The notes below the pieces were generated by a model that saw only the letters and a program-made list of their open reading frames with translations, was not told the DNA's origin and did not search any database. 64,000 bases of DNA from a virus (lineage: Duplodnaviria; Caudoviricetes), in the IMG/VR virus record IMGVR_UViG_3300031867_000020, positions 32,001 through 96,000 of that record. One strand, given 5' to 3'. Shown piece after piece: positions 63,767 to 64,000 of the stretch. The position numbers were made by a program, and so were the translations under genes. Position 1 is the first letter of the stretch, and the number at the start of each line of letters is the position of its first letter.

Positions 63767-64000
63767 AGGCACGAATTCGGTGTTAAACATAAGCTTTTCT
63801 GTTCGATCCCTTTTGTTTGCATTATAGATGGTTTTCAGAATATGATTCATAAAATACTTATAGTTATCTTCCACGGGGCCGATTTCACAGCCAAGGAATT
63901 CAGCGGCCTCAACGCCGCCGTTAATGCCGACCGTCAGATACTGTCTTTCAGGCGCAACAAACCCGGCGTCATACAGCGGCAGCAGTCCGGCCTTCTGCCT
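63767..64000 (-). CDS. nrdD: class III ribonucleotide reductase, upstream exon (partial, continues beyond window)
   Basis: RQKAGLLPLYDAGF...QYLTVGINGGVEAAEFLG...FNTEFVP. Confidence 0.9.

Noticed and set aside
63680-63874. 64-aa ORF as a standalone gene; also GTG 62906 as a start
   Set aside because: These are nrdD exon sequence running into, or out of, the group I intron
1-64000. Genome-wide stop codon recoding (code 15 or 4)
   Set aside because: Very long genes are intact under code 11, TGA is a common terminator, and coding density is already high

Overview
This window is about 64 kb of a large temperate siphovirus, probably infecting an anaerobic Firmicute (inferred from sigmaA promoters, GGAGG RBSs, class III RNR and LL-H-type holin). 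Positions 1-45460 (+) hold the virion and lysis module: neck/tail genes, major tail protein, a -1 frameshift tail chaperone pair, a 6308-aa tape measure protein (TMP), Dit, Tal, mosaic fibre/receptor-binding genes, endolysin and holins. Positions ~45480-47100 hold an intact attP (3' half of a tRNA-Thr(GGT) plus arm repeats) and a tyrosine integrase. Positions 47100-64000 (-) are early/middle genes: small Zn-ribbon and DUF551 proteins, pentapeptide repeat protein, RNA ligase, ThyX-like, dUTPase, ferredoxin:thioredoxin reductase, ClpP-like, PhoH, RuvC, NrdG, and NrdD interrupted by a group I intron with an HNH endonuclease. The top finding is in the TMP. Ahead of its tape-measure core it carries ordered motifs of a single-subunit two-barrel RNA polymerase (DG..QxR..GK, RxP, DFDGD) and then a RecB/Cas4-like PD-(D/E)xK nuclease, suggesting a co-injected RNAP-nuclease-TMP polyprotein in a temperate phage. 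All calls come from motif reading; no searches were run.
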